Positions 13,558 through 27,128 of a DNA stretch of 42,134 nucleotides are shown here, one piece after another. Positions within the stretch are counted from its first letter, which is position 1; each line of letters begins with the position of its first letter. The position numbers and the translations under genes were made by a program. The notes under the pieces were generated by a model that saw nothing but the letters and a program-made list of their open reading frames with translations, made no database searches and was not told the origin of the DNA. Source of the stretch: Octopus bimaculoides (Eukaryota); the NCBI RefSeq assembly GCF_001194135.2, contig NC_068990.1, positions 35,301,218 through 35,343,351 of the forward strand, written 5' to 3'.

Positions 13558-14440
13558 NNNNNNNNNNNNNNNNNNNNNNNNNNNNNNNNNNNNNNNNNNN
13601 NNNNNNNNNNNNNNNNNNNNNNNNNNNNNNNNNNNNNNNNNNNNNNNNNNNNNNNNNNNNNNNNNNNNNNNNNNNNNNNNNNNNNNNNNNNNNNNNNNNN
13701 NNNNNNNNNNNNNNNNNNNNNNNNNNNNNNNNNNNNNNNNNNNNNNNNNNNNNNNNNNNNNNNNNNNNNNNNNNNNNNNNNNNNNNNNNNNNNNNNNNNN
13801 NNNNNNNNNNNNNNNNNNNNNNNNNNNNNNNNNNNNNNNNNNNNNNNNNNNNNNNNNNNNNNNNNNNNNNNNNNNNNNNNNNNNNNNNNNNNNNNNNNNN
13901 NNNNNNNNNNNNNNNNNNNNNNNNNNNNNNNNNNNNNNNNNNNNNNNNNNNNNNNNNNNNNNNNNNNNNNNNNNNNNNNNNNNNNNNNNNNNNNNNNNNN
14001 NNNNNNNNNNNNNNNNNNNNNNNNNNNNNNNNNNNNNNNNNNNNNNNNNNNNNNNNNNNNNNNNNNNNNNNNNNNNNNNNNNNNNNNNNNNNNNNNNNNN
14101 NNNNNNNNNNNNNNNNNNNNNNNNNNNNNNNNNNNNNNNNNNNNNNNNNNNNNNNNNNNNNNNNNNNNNNNNNNNNNNNNNNNNNNNNNNNNNNNNNNNN
14201 NNNNNNNNNNNNNNNNNNNNNNNNNNNNNNNNNNNNNNNNNNNNNNNNNNNNNNNNNNNNNNNNNNNNNNNNNNNNNNNNNNNNNNNNNNNNNNNNNNNN
14301 NNNNNNNNNNNNNNNNNNNNNNNNNNNNNNNNNNNNNNNNNNNNNNNNNNNNNNNNNNNNNNNNNNNNNNNNNNNNNNNNNNNNNNNNNNNNNNNNNNNN
14401 NNNNNNNNNNNNNNNNNNNNNNNNNNNNNNNNNNNNNNNN

Positions 14441-14598
14441 AAACAGGACACAGTCGTGTGTCGATAAGCCAGCTGGAGGAGATGTCCTCCTGGGGCTAAA
14501 AGCAACAGTAACATCCACCCCTAGGGGTCAGCCACACTTAAGTGGCAATATACTACACTTTATCGTGCAGTTACTGTTAATACTTCATTTAGAGAATT

Positions 14599-14603
<5 letters not shown>
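14441..14603. repeat. Exact inverted copy of the unit-junction region of the 13203-13557 repeat
   Basis: The reverse complement of 14441-14563 equals 13203-13325, and that of 14564-14603 equals 13506-13545. Followed by (TA)n. Confidence 0.9.
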
Positions 14604-14633
<30 letters not shown>

Positions 14634-15372
14634 TCATACAGACAATAGGTGAGAGCAAGACATGTTCAATATAGAAAAAAACATGTTGCAGTGCTCAAAT
14701 GAATTTTAATCTAATCTCCGGCGTCAAGTGGGGCGATAAGAGAAATTGAAAAGATCTGGTCCAATTATGAAAATAGACTACGAAAACATTTGCTAGCATT
14801 AATAATTGGTGTCATGCTTTCATAATATTAGTGTACAACATTTCTGCACAATACTCATCTAGAATTCTATTATGTTCTGTTTGTTAAATCGAAACAGTTT
14901 GTGATTTATATGTATGTAAAGTGGGAGATGATCAAGATCGACAGTTTTAAGAATGCATACATGGATTCGAATACTTCACTCGTAAAACAACTTGCTAATT
15001 TGCAAACGAAAGCTTCCATGTATATACCACAAATCAAATATCCACAAAAAACTGTGATTAATAACAGCGGTAGAAGAGTGCATTCACCTGCCAGATATTT
15101 AAAAATATGTTAAAGATCACTGTTTAATTAAATATCACACATACTTTAAAAAAATGCAAATATTGAGACATTTGTACATACATCACCTTTTGGATTTGCA
15201 TCATCAACAAAGTTTCGAAATACAATTTATTACTGAACAATTTCACTGAGAACATAACGTTGTAAAACATTTTCAGTTAACATTTATTTTGAAATTTTAA
15301 TGACTATGATATGCAAGAACAATTTTCGAAACATTCAAAATGTTATCAAATGATTCCAACAAATTCTTTTTA

Positions 15373-16291
15373 TTGGATCATCCCATAAATAATGTGTTCC
15401 TTTTATATTTATTTTATTTTTTCAAAATTAATATAGACAAAGTTCTTTTTTAATCTAAAATATGCTCTCCTTCATTTTCTACAATGCCCTTCCATCTATC
15501 TGGCAAGCGTGCAAAGCCCCTCTTCCAAAATTCATTTGTCCGTGGCGAAAAAATACTCATGTCACACTGTTCTGACCTTGTCAATAGAATTAATATTTTT
15601 TTCCGTCCAAATGATTTTGAAGACTGCGGAATAAATGATAATCAGATGGGGCAATGACCGGAAAATATGGTGGTTGGGGTATCGTTTACCATTTAAACTA
15701 CTCCAACCTTTGGAATGTCATCCTCACTGTATGTGGCTGAGCATTATTCTGATAGAAGTTCACCTTTCGTCTTGAAACCGAAGATAGTCGTTTTTCTTCT
15801 AGCGCTGGTGTTGATGAATGGCTGAATGATCGAACCCATGCTTGTCTGTTAGTTCCTCAACAGTTACGATGGGATTTTGTTCCACCAGGGTTTTCAGGAC
15901 GTCCTCGTCGAGCTCTACAGTTATTCTAGGACGAGGCTCGTCTCCTAGTTCTTGGTTTCCGGCTCAGAATTTTTGGAAGCACCGTTGACCCTGGTTTATG
16001 CATATTGTCCGATCCCCATATATTGCATTAATATTCTTAGTACTTTCCGTTGCATTGTTGCCTTTATTATACTCATAAAGCAAAATAGGCTGAATATGCT
16101 CCTTTGTCACTTCCATTATAGCTTTGAAAAAATAACTGTTAAAATCGAACTGCACTCTTCAAAGCTTGCACTAAGAATAAGTAAAAAGGATAAATTACTA
16201 CCTGCTTTATAACAAGTTGATGCAGATAGTTTATACCGTCCCCATCAGAGTTTTAGTTCATGCAATTGAAAAAAACTATGGGATGACTCAA
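15373..16291 (-). mobile_element. Internally deleted mariner (DD34D) element with both TIRs and TA target-site duplication
   Basis: TA(15371-72)-ttggatcatcccataaat at the left end and actatgggatgactcaa-TA(16292-93) at the right end. Transposase relic 16116..15450: MEVTKEHIQPILLYEYNKGNNATESTKNINAIYGD...DEPRPR...ELDEDVLKTLVEQNP; after a large deletion, YQNNAQPH-(34-residue spacing)-APSDYHLFRSLQNHLDGK...RWKGIVENEGEHILD*. The second catalytic Asp is now Asn and there are several stops. Confidence 0.92.
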
Positions 16292-16825
16292 TACTTGCTC
16301 ATGGTCAATATTTGTATATTTCTTCGTTTAGCATATTTATTGTTCTATTTCAGTGAATTCACCTCAAAAGTGGACACGCACAAACTCTTGTTCCTTAAGT
16401 CAGTTTCTTTGTCTCACAACAATCGTCCTGCAAGGAGATTTTTGCGGCAGATAGCCTTTCTCAGTTCCACTATGGAATGTTTAACATCAAAAAATCAAGC
16501 CTCTGAAAAATAATATTGCTATATTTATTAATATTTTTTAATATTTATAAAAAGATAATTGTCGCTGGTGAATAATGATATAATGTTTTTAATGTCCAGC
16601 AAAGCGTCTATAACTTCATTTTATAATAAATGATGATAAGTAAAGATAAAGGTTTTATTTTCTTTCCAAACTACTTTATGGAAGATTTCTGCTCTCAGTG
16701 GGTTTATAAATCCCTGGAATTTAACTCTCCAGGAGAACTTTTCCATTCGATGCCGGAGCCCATGTGTTTCATGGCCCAGGCTTGATGAGATAATTGTCTC
16801 TTATCACTCCTTTTTTATGAAATTA

Positions 16826-16903
16826 TAGTAATCCTTCGACTATCGTGCGTGTTACGTTCCAAAACCCCTCGCAATAGGTGGAAATCTACGAAGTAGAAAC
16901 AGT

Positions 16904-16946
<43 letters not shown>

Positions 16947-17334
16947 CTTATCTTTATAATTTGTATATACTTATTTTATTATGAATAGAAAACAACACCA
17001 CACACTAACCTCCCGCGTTTCGTTTTCCATACAGTATGTGATTCTTTGTTTACTCATCTACGGTACACTACGTATTTTATTTGAAAATATTTAAATTAAT
17101 GTTATAGAGTGCAGTACTTTACTTCATCTTTATTTATTAATTTTGTATATTTTTAGGCGTGATAATGCTTATTTTACCACAGAAATAAAATATAAAAAAT
17201 ATAAGCACCTATTGGCCGCAGAAACCTGTGATACACTGGGGAGTATGCGATAAAAATTTACATATATTCGCCAGATAAATCCGCGATGTACTGAGGGCCC
17301 GATAGGTGAACCACGATATGACGAATGATTACAG
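16826..17334. mobile_element. Probable non-autonomous TA-targeting DNA transposon (MITE, pogo/Tigger-like ends) with an internal (TA)n
   Basis: Left end ta|tagtaatccttcgactatcg and right end cgatatgacgaatgattacag are degenerate inverted repeats. Subterminal motifs are repeated at both ends (cgcaataggtggaaatctacga versus aaatccgcga and cgataggtgaa). No ORF. Confidence 0.55.
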
Positions 17335-18460
17335 CATTCTTGTATAGGTCTATCATGTACTAGTTTAAAAGAAAGAGTCAGCTCCTGTTCGTTTGCAATT
17401 CACAATTTCTATATCCACACAAATGACATGCATTTAACAAGTTGCATATTATGTATATTGAAAAGAGTAGTATAAAAAATAGATTATTCTTTACTTTAAT
17501 AATTCAGTAGGATAACATAATACAATCTACATAACAAGTTTATCTTTCTGTGCCGAGAAATAGAGCACTAGCCTATTGTTAAGGCATTGTTTTTCTCTAC
17601 AGCAAAGGAAGTTTCTTCAGCATGTATTTGAACTCAGAACATAGCGGTATGAAAAGAATTATGTTATTAAATTTGAGTTTCCATAACATTCTTCAATTCG
17701 TAGAACGTTGACACATTTAGTATTTCCCTATCACACGCTGGTTACGTTTGAAAGTGACACTTTATTCAATATATCAAAGGACAGAGATCATCCAAAGGGC
17801 CAACTCACAGCACACCACCTCAAATAAGGAAAGATAAATTTGATTATGTTCCTCTTAGATACGTGCAGTAAAAATATATGTTATTGCGAACACTACATGA
17901 TAGACTCGCTGGATGAAAACTCAAAAATAAAAAAAGGAACAAAAACAGAAAACACCCAACCAACCGCACAACAGCAGACGCAAACCTCACAGGAACATAG
18001 GCACGAAAAGAACAATAATCTTTGGAAGACGAATCCTGTTCGGCTCACTGACCAAAAATATTTTAGATTACATGTGGTTTAAACTATTTAGCATCATTCA
18101 CATCTTGGTTCGTTATATCTAAAATTATTAGGGAGGTATATATGTATATCCCTAACTCCATTAAATACATTAATCTGAACCTCGAGACATATTGTATTAG
18201 CTGTGTTAGTGGACATGTGCGTTTCTGTGTGTGTATATATATNNNNNNNNNNATACATACATACATGCATACATACATACATACATGCATGCAGGCATAC
18301 AAACATATACATTATATATGAAGCCGTATCTACATTTTTACTTAACAGAACTGCGCAATAAAACTTGATGCAAAATATGATGGAATTTGATGAAAATAAA
18401 AATAAATTTCTGCTGATATGAATAGCGAATTTAATATATATGTTGCTCCGATCTTATCTT

Positions 18461-18536
18461 TGTTGTTGTTGGTGTTCTTGTTGTTGCTGTTGGTGTTATT
18501 TTTGATGTTGTTGTTACTGTTGTTATGATTATTATT

Positions 18537-18567
<31 letters not shown>

Positions 18568-18587
18568 TTATTATTACTATCATTATT
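18461..18587. repeat. (TTG)n/(TTA)n trinucleotide array
   Basis: Directly visible; gives the poly-N ORF. Confidence 0.95.
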
Positions 18588-18994
18588 CAAAAGCAGATAT
18601 ACCTTAAGGGCACTGCAAGCATGTGTTTTTCACGCTGGATTGGCTAAGTGACCGTCGAATACACCTTGAAGGAAGTAATAAAAGTGAATACGATATGGAA
18701 CCAGGATATAAAAACACCGCATTATGGCTACTCACGACAAGAATATAACGCTAAAAATTGAGAAATGTATTGGAGTTAGCTCTCACTGTGGTAAGGGGAA
18801 AAACGCCTGGAGAGTTTACAAAACCGTTATATAGATTCTGCTTCAGATGATGATTTTATATCTAAATCTATTTATTATTTTCGATTATGTACAGGAAGTA
18901 TACTGCTGAATTTAGTAGATAAATGTACGCTCTTGGGAAAATAAAAAAATGAAATACAGTAAGATATATACGATATGCAGAATTCTGTAAATGG

Positions 18995-19042
<48 letters not shown>

Positions 19043-19078
19043 TAGATAGATAGATAGATAGACAGACAGATATATACA

Positions 19079-19130
<52 letters not shown>

Positions 19131-19799
19131 GATATAGATATATAGATATACATATATACATACAAACACGTATATATATATATATATTATATNNNNNNNN
19201 NNNNNNNNNNNNNNNNNNNNNNNNNNNNNNNNNNNNNNNNNNNNNNNNNNNNNNNNNNNNNNNNNNNNNNNNNNNNNNNNNNNNNNNNNNNNNNNNNNNN
19301 NNNNNNNNNNNNNNNNNNNNNNNNNNNNNNNNNNNNNNNNNNNNNNNNNNNNNNNNNNNNNNNNNNNNNNNNNNNNNNNNNNNNNNNNNNNNNNNNNNNN
19401 NNNNNNNNNNNNNNNNNNNNNNNNNNNNNNNNNNNNNNNNNNNNNNNNNNNNNNNNNNNNNNNNNNNNNNNNNNNNNNNNNNNNNNNNNNNNNNNNNNNN
19501 NNNNNNNNNNNNNNNNNNNNNNNNNNNNNNNNNNNNNNNNNNNNNNNNNNNNNNNNNNNNNNNNNNNNNNNNNNNNNNNNNNNNNNNNNNNNNNNNNNNN
19601 NNNNNNNNNNNNNNNNNNNNNNNNNNNNNNNNNNNNNNNNNNNNNNNNNNNNNNNNNNNNNNNNNNNNNNNNNNNNATATATATATATATGCGTGTGTGT
19701 GTGTGTGTGTGTGTGTGTTACCTTTCATATTTTACTAGTTTCACTCGGAGGGTAAGGCCATGCTGGAACACCCACTTTTAGTGAGTTTTGGCTTCTCTT

Positions 19800-20143
19800 C
19801 CGTGCTGGTTTTGATGAAGAAGCGAGATGGATGGAACCGCTCATATTCGTGCTTCCTGCCGCGATATGGTTTCATCTGTTATTTCAGATAAAAATTTGTC
19901 AAGACGTACTTTGGAACCCTTCGCATCTACACTTCAGAAATCTCTGAGGTTCTCTGGTAGAATGTTGAAGGAACGTGGACCCCTGAATCAAGAACTGTTA
20001 CAATCTTTGGACCTTATTCGAGATGGAATAGTCGGGATCTTTAGTACAAGACAGCGCCTTCCAGTTCGTGTTTTGGATTCTTTTCTGTATTGCTTTTGAT
20101 GAAGTAGCGAGTTGGATGGAGCCGCTCATCTTCGTGCTTCCTG
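19800..20143 (-). mobile_element. 3' end of a CR1/L2-type LINE (post-RT C-terminal region), preceded by a second copy of its last 50 bp
   Basis: The minus strand translates KTRTGRRCLVLKIPTIPSRIRSKDCNSS*FRGPRSFNILPENLRDF*SVDAKGSKVRLDKFLSEITDETISRQEARI*AVPSISLLHQ, matching the FNxLP...LDxFLxxIxD tail of CR1-group ORF2. 19809-19858 and 20094-20143 match at 46/50. Confidence 0.7.
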
Positions 20144-20434
20144 GAAACTCGATGGTGGTACTATGCTTCTGACAGTGCGGTAAGTTTAGCGAAACCTTTA
20201 TATTTCAAGCGCAACGTCTCGTCCTCGGAAGATAAATGATCAGGGAAATGTCTAGTTATGCAGTTACATCGGTAGAAAATGTAGAAAATGCTAGAATAAT
20301 TTTATAAAAACATTTCAGTCCCGGTTTCAGTCATTGAGACTTTTTCAAATGTAAGTATAGAAAGCAATAACATTTTTGAAAAACATATATATATATGTCA
20401 TGCATATATTTGTAAAGTTATTAAAAATTAAAAC

Positions 20435-20449
20435 TTTTGAGACACCCTG
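20435..20449. mobile_element. Solo Tc1/mariner-type TIR end (ttttgagacaccctg|TA) abutting a (CA)n(TA)n array
   Basis: The reverse complement TA-CAGGGTGTCTCAAAA resembles CAGGGTGT-type termini. No partner TIR was found. Confidence 0.35.
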
Positions 20450-20575
<126 letters not shown>

Positions 20576-20865
20576 TGCACACGCACATACACACACACTT
20601 ATATATACATACATACTTATATATCAATTGATGGCTGATACAGAAGCAGTAGTACGTAATTACTTCTATTAATTTACAGCTGTTTCACATATATGAAAAA
20701 ACCTGACTCAGCCTTCAGTACAGACATCTTATAGCACAACAAGTTTTAAGCTAATAAAAGTGAGTCATTCTGCATCACATATATATTCAGAGATTCATAC
20801 ATGTACATATATGTATTTGTGCGCGTCTATGCATGTATATGTGTGAGTATGCGTGCGTATGTATA

Positions 20866-20896
<31 letters not shown>

Positions 20897-23712
20897 GTAT
20901 GTGTGTATGTGTGTGCGTTTGTGTGTGTGTGCGTGTGTATGTGTTTGTATGCGTGTATGTGTGTACGCGATGTTACTCATGATTTCCAATGCAGTGAAAA
21001 CTGCCTTCTCTCTTATTAAACAAGATTAGAAAAGCCGGTAAGCTTTCTTTATAAGATTACTGTAAATATAAGCGAATTATTTCTTCATAACATTTTAACG
21101 ATAGTTTAACATTAAACCCATGATTAGTAACTGTTTTGTCTTCATTTCGCAAAAGCAACTTCTCATCATGGCGATACTTTTGTGCACAAAATAATCATCC
21201 GTGTAAATCTTGCTAGAAGTGCTTCTCTTGTATCAGTCTCTGTGTATATATGTGTGAATATATACATGTTGCTGTGCGTATAGCCGCACCTATTCAAATT
21301 ACATTACAATGAGGAATAACAGGCGCACTCGTATACATGCATACATATATACATACACACATACATACATACATACATACATACATGCATACAATTATAT
21401 ATATATATATATGTATACATATATATATACACATATACACATATACACATATACGTATATACGCACAGGCACTATGTCACACACGGAAACACATACATTT
21501 ATACACATATATGTACCTTTACACACATATACAATGTTCTTCTGGGAATTATAAAATTATGTGTCAAAACCCAACTATTCAACAGATATTTTTGCCAAAT
21601 CATGTCTTCTTAGCAACACAGAATAAGTAAAAATTATCGAACTTTATTCTATAACCTGTAACATTACACGTTTAAAATATATTGTAAGTGATGTCAAATT
21701 AATTTACGTCTTGCTACATACATCCTTCAGCAAATATTTTAAATTAATTAATGTTCACAACAGCAACATATTCCGTTGTGCACACTTTGTTCAGCTTTCG
21801 TTTCGAAATTGTAAAATAAATTATTTTTGTATGAAGAATTGAATTATGCCTTCTGAATTTTCTTGGCGATTTACTTTTTCACCGTGACATTGGATCATGA
21901 AATTTGTAACATTTAGTACATGTTCGAAATAAATGTTGACATTCTGTACTTTGTTACATTGGTGACACATAGTAATTTTTGCTAATTTGGTGACATTCCG
22001 ACGCTGAAATACTTCTTTTGGAAACATTCCCTAGCAAAGATTTTTATAGCGTAAGTATGCTAGAGAAAGTATGTTTTGTACCTTTATTTACTTCATTACT
22101 TCATTTCATTAAGAATTTCAGAGCGATGAATCGGTGGAGTTTTTAGCGCATCAAATCTTGAACCTTGTAATATCTGCTCCGATTTATTGCATTATGACTG
22201 CAATACTTGTGATGAAACTGGTTCCGAACTGCATCAGTTTATACCATTTCCGCAGACATCATCTGTAGCATCGGGAGAAGGGATTCTTACATACATAGGG
22301 CATGGTTAATCTCACACAGAAAGAAACATTGCCTATTTAGCTTATGTACAATCTATGTCTAGAGTTATAAATCTCTTTCTCATCTTATGTAGCTGACATA
22401 TAAATGTCCACGTACTACTGTGGAGATCTACTAAGACAATATGTTCAGATTATTTAATTTGTCTGCTAAAAGACCAGACTCTGGTACCATTCTCCTTACA
22501 TATTTTAAGTTTTAAATGTATTTGATGCGGCAAATCAGTTCAAAATATTTTTTTAGTTCGATTCTAATCTGTTTCCTATTATCTTTGATTACATGCAAAG
22601 TAATGGATAGAAGCTGCTCTAACTCTTTCTTTATCGGAAATCAGTTTGTTGCAAACTTTTCAGGCAATTCTTTGATCGGAAGATAACTTTTTCATTTCCT
22701 ACCCTCAGAATCACTGGCTCCACAAACAATCGATGCATTTGACATTCTACCATCATCAAAACCACATTATTTAATTATTCAATGCATCTCCTTCTAATGA
22801 AGATGAGATGATCCCTCTCATATACCTCATAATATTTACTGGGACCTAATGTTTGATTATTAAGTACTTAATCGACTATGGATTTTATGGCTGCCTGCTT
22901 ATTTATCATCGAAATCATTCTATTATCTGTAACGCGCTAATTCCAGTAAATTCAAAGGAATATGAATAAACACTTTCCATCCAATGAAGGGGCAATGGAA
23001 AATATAAAATAATCCCTCCGTATCAATGTAGGAGTCTCTACTTAAAATATGAGAACATATTTTAACTGGATGAAAAATAAGTTGGTTGTTAAGAAACACA
23101 TTGGAGGATGGATTATGTGTTAAACCTTTTAATCTACATCTGATTAGTGTGTATTGGATGATATATCACTATTTCATCTATGATTCATAATACAAATGTA
23201 CAGTAAGAAAATATCCATCTTGAATTGTTCTCTCATTCAATTAAAGGGAGATTTCTTTTATCTGATATTATTGATTATGTTTAGCTTATTTCCTTGATGC
23301 AGTTTAATTTGACATTCATCATGAAACGGATGAATTTTGTCAATGCACAATTCCATATTGAGTTACGCTAACGACTCAAGATTCAGGTTTTCGTTATGGT
23401 GGTTCGTTTAAAGCTCACAACCTTAATTCATTTCTTGTAAGCTTCAATTGGTAATAAACGAGACGTGGGTACAGTATACCAATATAACTTGTAGGAGATT
23501 TCTTATAAACAACGTGGTATTGTTATATTATGTCCCCTATTTCCCATTCTCTTTGAAATACAAAGAACATACGAAATGGTATTAGAATACTGCTAATTAA
23601 ACAGCATATGCTGTACGTCTATCCCCATGCACAGGCAAGAGACATTTCTATAGGATAGATTATGGATTTAATATTATATTATATTACAGTGTTAATCCCT
23701 AACAGAATCAAC

Positions 23713-24357
23713 TCTCGTCTTTCATCAAAAGCAGTCCTCTAAATCGCACGAAATATTTTTTTGTTGTCATTTAGCCCTAAATATATTTTAGACTGTATTT
23801 TGCTTGAAGATGAGATTGTAGTGTCCACCATTTGGGTGTGTTTCCTTACATAAAATTACATTGTTTGGAATTGTTTGTACCACCTGTGCTAATAGTAATT
23901 TCAACTCGATTTAATAAGTACATGTTATTTACTAACAAATATTTCTCTTCAAGTCAAACTCAACGGCATTAGATTAATTGATACATGAAAGAGAAAATGC
24001 AGCTTCTCTGGCGATCTGCCTTCTGGAATAGATTTAAGTCTTTTAGGTAATATCTTCAATTAATTTTACAGAAACTGACTCGTCCAGGACAATGCAGAAT
24101 TAATTACTTCGTTAACGTTCTTTAGAAATGGACAAAGACTCAATCTTTCCCCCTTCTCAGCCTTCTATAAATTTGAAGTTTTTAAGCTATAGTTCCTGAA
24201 TTGTTATCTTTATCATATGAAAAGCGTTTGGCAGCAAAATATCACCACACGACCACGATTTTTCCCTTTTCCTCAACTTTATTCATATCGTCTCGTCTTT
24301 CATCAAAAGAAGCCCTCTAAATCAAACGAAATATTTTTTGTTTTCATTTAACCCTAA
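23713..24357. repeat. Pair of ~68-bp direct repeats (23713-23780 and 24291-24357)
   Basis: tctcgtctttcatcaaaag...ctctaaatc...acgaaatatttttt...catttaRccctaa; 6 substitutions and 1 indel between the copies. Confidence 0.85.
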
Positions 24358-26246
24358 TTAAATCTTCCCATTATATTAGTCATCGACTGCCTATTTATTT
24401 TTTTTGCACGCACTAAAAACAAAAAAAAAAAAACAAGACATTCCTGAATATCTTTTCCTGCTTATATCTCAATGGCTATATAACGTGTGTGCGTATAGTA
24501 TACTTCCGTCAGCAAAACATACCAAAATGACTGGCCTGCATAATCTACTGTTCGTATCATATCAAAGTGCTTATTTCATATGTGACTCAGGACTCAGTGT
24601 ATGTTAGTATAAACTGAGTTGAAGACAGAAAACAGAGATAGTTAGTATCTCATACAAAACTCCTTGACTCTCGCAGCAAGCAGCTAAAGATCGCTGCCCT
24701 CAGATAGCAACTGCTTTACCTGACGACTTTATTTTACTTATGCTTGCGGCATATGGAGAACATCATGGCGCCCAAGATTCTCGTCTAAAAACAGAAGTAT
24801 TGGAAAGCTGTTCGCTGACTTTATGTGTGCTTCAACTTGTTCTGCACTTTCAGAAGAATTGCTGCTAATTTCAATATAGAATATGCATGTTCACTCGCAT
24901 AATAATATTGCCGTATGAGGTACCTAGTCCAATGCATATGCGATTAGTGTTCCATATAACAATATAAATATTGCACTGATCTAAAATTATGTCAGAGGTA
25001 AAATTTAAACTGGCATTCTGTAGTGTGAATAACCCACAGATGGATCTATCAGATTAAAGTATTCGACACAGTTGATTTCTAGCTACACTTTCAGAAGATA
25101 CAATAAAGAGATTACCTAATGGATTAACGAATGGTTGGGTGGATGGATTGATTGATGGAAATAGCAAAGTTACTTTTCTTTCTTTATGATCTTGGAACAA
25201 TGCCATAAACGTCTTGGATTGCGTGATAATATTTCTAGTGCCAGGATAAAATTATGCGTTCGTAAACCAGTTGAATGATTATGGGGAAACTCTAGTCGAA
25301 AGTTATAAAATTATGCAGCTTTATTTCAATGCAAATGCCCAACAGATGCTTACTAGAAGGAAGAAAAGAAAATTGTAGTGTAACATTGCATTAAGAATTA
25401 CCATACGCAACATATTCTATCGAGAGACATTAATGTTAAGCTTAGAAGTGCTTAGAAACTGAATTTATTTTATCCATACTATTAAAGTATTCCTCATAAT
25501 ATGCTAAGTCACCTTAGCGACAATGCCAAATTTATTCAAATTTAACGTAACTCATATTATTTTGATCTATAGTCCCGTGTACTCGTCTTAGAACACTTGC
25601 TTTTTATTGAATTATTGTCAATATTATGGTATTAATATGTGTGCATGCATACATACAATCATATATATACACATATATATACATATATATACATATATAC
25701 ATATATATATACACACACACACATGCACATGTGTGTAAGTATATTATTTTTACATACATATGTATAGAGAGAGAGAAAGAGACATTCACAGTATATTTCT
25801 CTATGTGTGCACGTATATATGTGTATATGCAGGGAATAGGTTTTCTTTCAAACTCATTATATGTTATTTGTATATAAAGTTGAATTCACTTTGTGTCTTG
25901 TTCGACTGATGGCTTGGTTATGTGTTTTGAATATATCATGCAAATTAGATTATATGCAAATGTGTGCAGCCATAACCCCGGATCGTATACAATTTATTGA
26001 AAACAGAGTTTATGGCGTCGATCGTTTTGCATATAAACATAACGTGGAAAGTATCCATTCAAAAGTGAGTATTTTCATAAAGCAGCTTTGTCTCGGTGTG
26101 GCTACATTCCGTCACATAAACATATTTGTGTACATGCATGAATGTAAAAGTATGCATAATACTTATACACGCTGTCACAGACGTATGCACACACATCTCT
26201 CTTTTACTTTTCCACACGCACACATAGACACACATACGCACGCACG

Positions 26247-26291
<45 letters not shown>

Positions 26292-26577
26292 ACATATACA
26301 CATACTTATATACGTATTTATACATACATATATATANNNNNNNNNNNNNNNNNNNNNNNNNNNNNNNNNNNNNNNNNNNNNNNNNNNNNNNNNNNNNNNN
26401 NNNNNNNNNNNNNNNNNNNNNNNNNNNNNNNNNNNNNNNNNNNNNNNNNNNNNNNNNNNNNNNNNNNNNNNNNNNNNNNNNATATATAAAAGCATACACA
26501 CATACACCCACAAAAATCTCTTAGAAGAAACGGAATGCGGAGATACTGCGCACAGGCAACGGGAGACGGACGGTAGA

Positions 26578-26788
26578 CAGAGGGGAGATGGACGCAATAT
26601 TAAGGGTGGGCTGCAACAGCATGCAATCTCATGCTGGCTAACACTTTTGCTACCAACACATGAAGTTGAATGAAATAGAGACAGGGTACACAGTTACAGG
26701 AGGGATAGCAATCCCTAGATCAAAATTAGCTCGAGAACTGGGCATTGACATGAATAATAATACATCTTTCCAGTTACATAATACTGAG
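26578..26788 (+). mobile_element. Decayed CR1/L2-type LINE reverse-transcriptase fragment (downstream of the YADD motif)
   Basis: Across frameshifts: QR/EMDAILR/WA, then NSMQSHAG*HFCYQHMKLNEIETGYTVTGGIAIPRSKLARELGIDMNNNTSFQLH. This resembles the WxxxNxMxFNxxK...RDLGIxMxxxxSF pattern of CR1-group RT. Confidence 0.55.
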
Positions 26789-27128
26789 TCCCAAGTGAAA
26801 TTTAAAATGGAGTTCCAATCTAACATTTGGAACAGTATTAGTGTTGTTTCTGTTCAAGGCTGAGTAAAAGAAAAAAACAGTTTGCTCGAATTACTGGCAT
26901 CAAATTGCTCGCATTCGCAAACCAGCAACTCTGAACCAGTTTTACAGGCAGCGTTTACTGCGCAAATCCTACTAGTCAGGGACCCCGTTAAAGACTATGA
27001 TTACAGTTCCTTCGTCCAGAGGAAACTAATAAGTACAAGATCAAATAGGGACGTGAAATGAATACATTATATACACACCTACCTATATACATACATCATA
27101 CACACATCCGATTGAGAAAACTGCAGTT

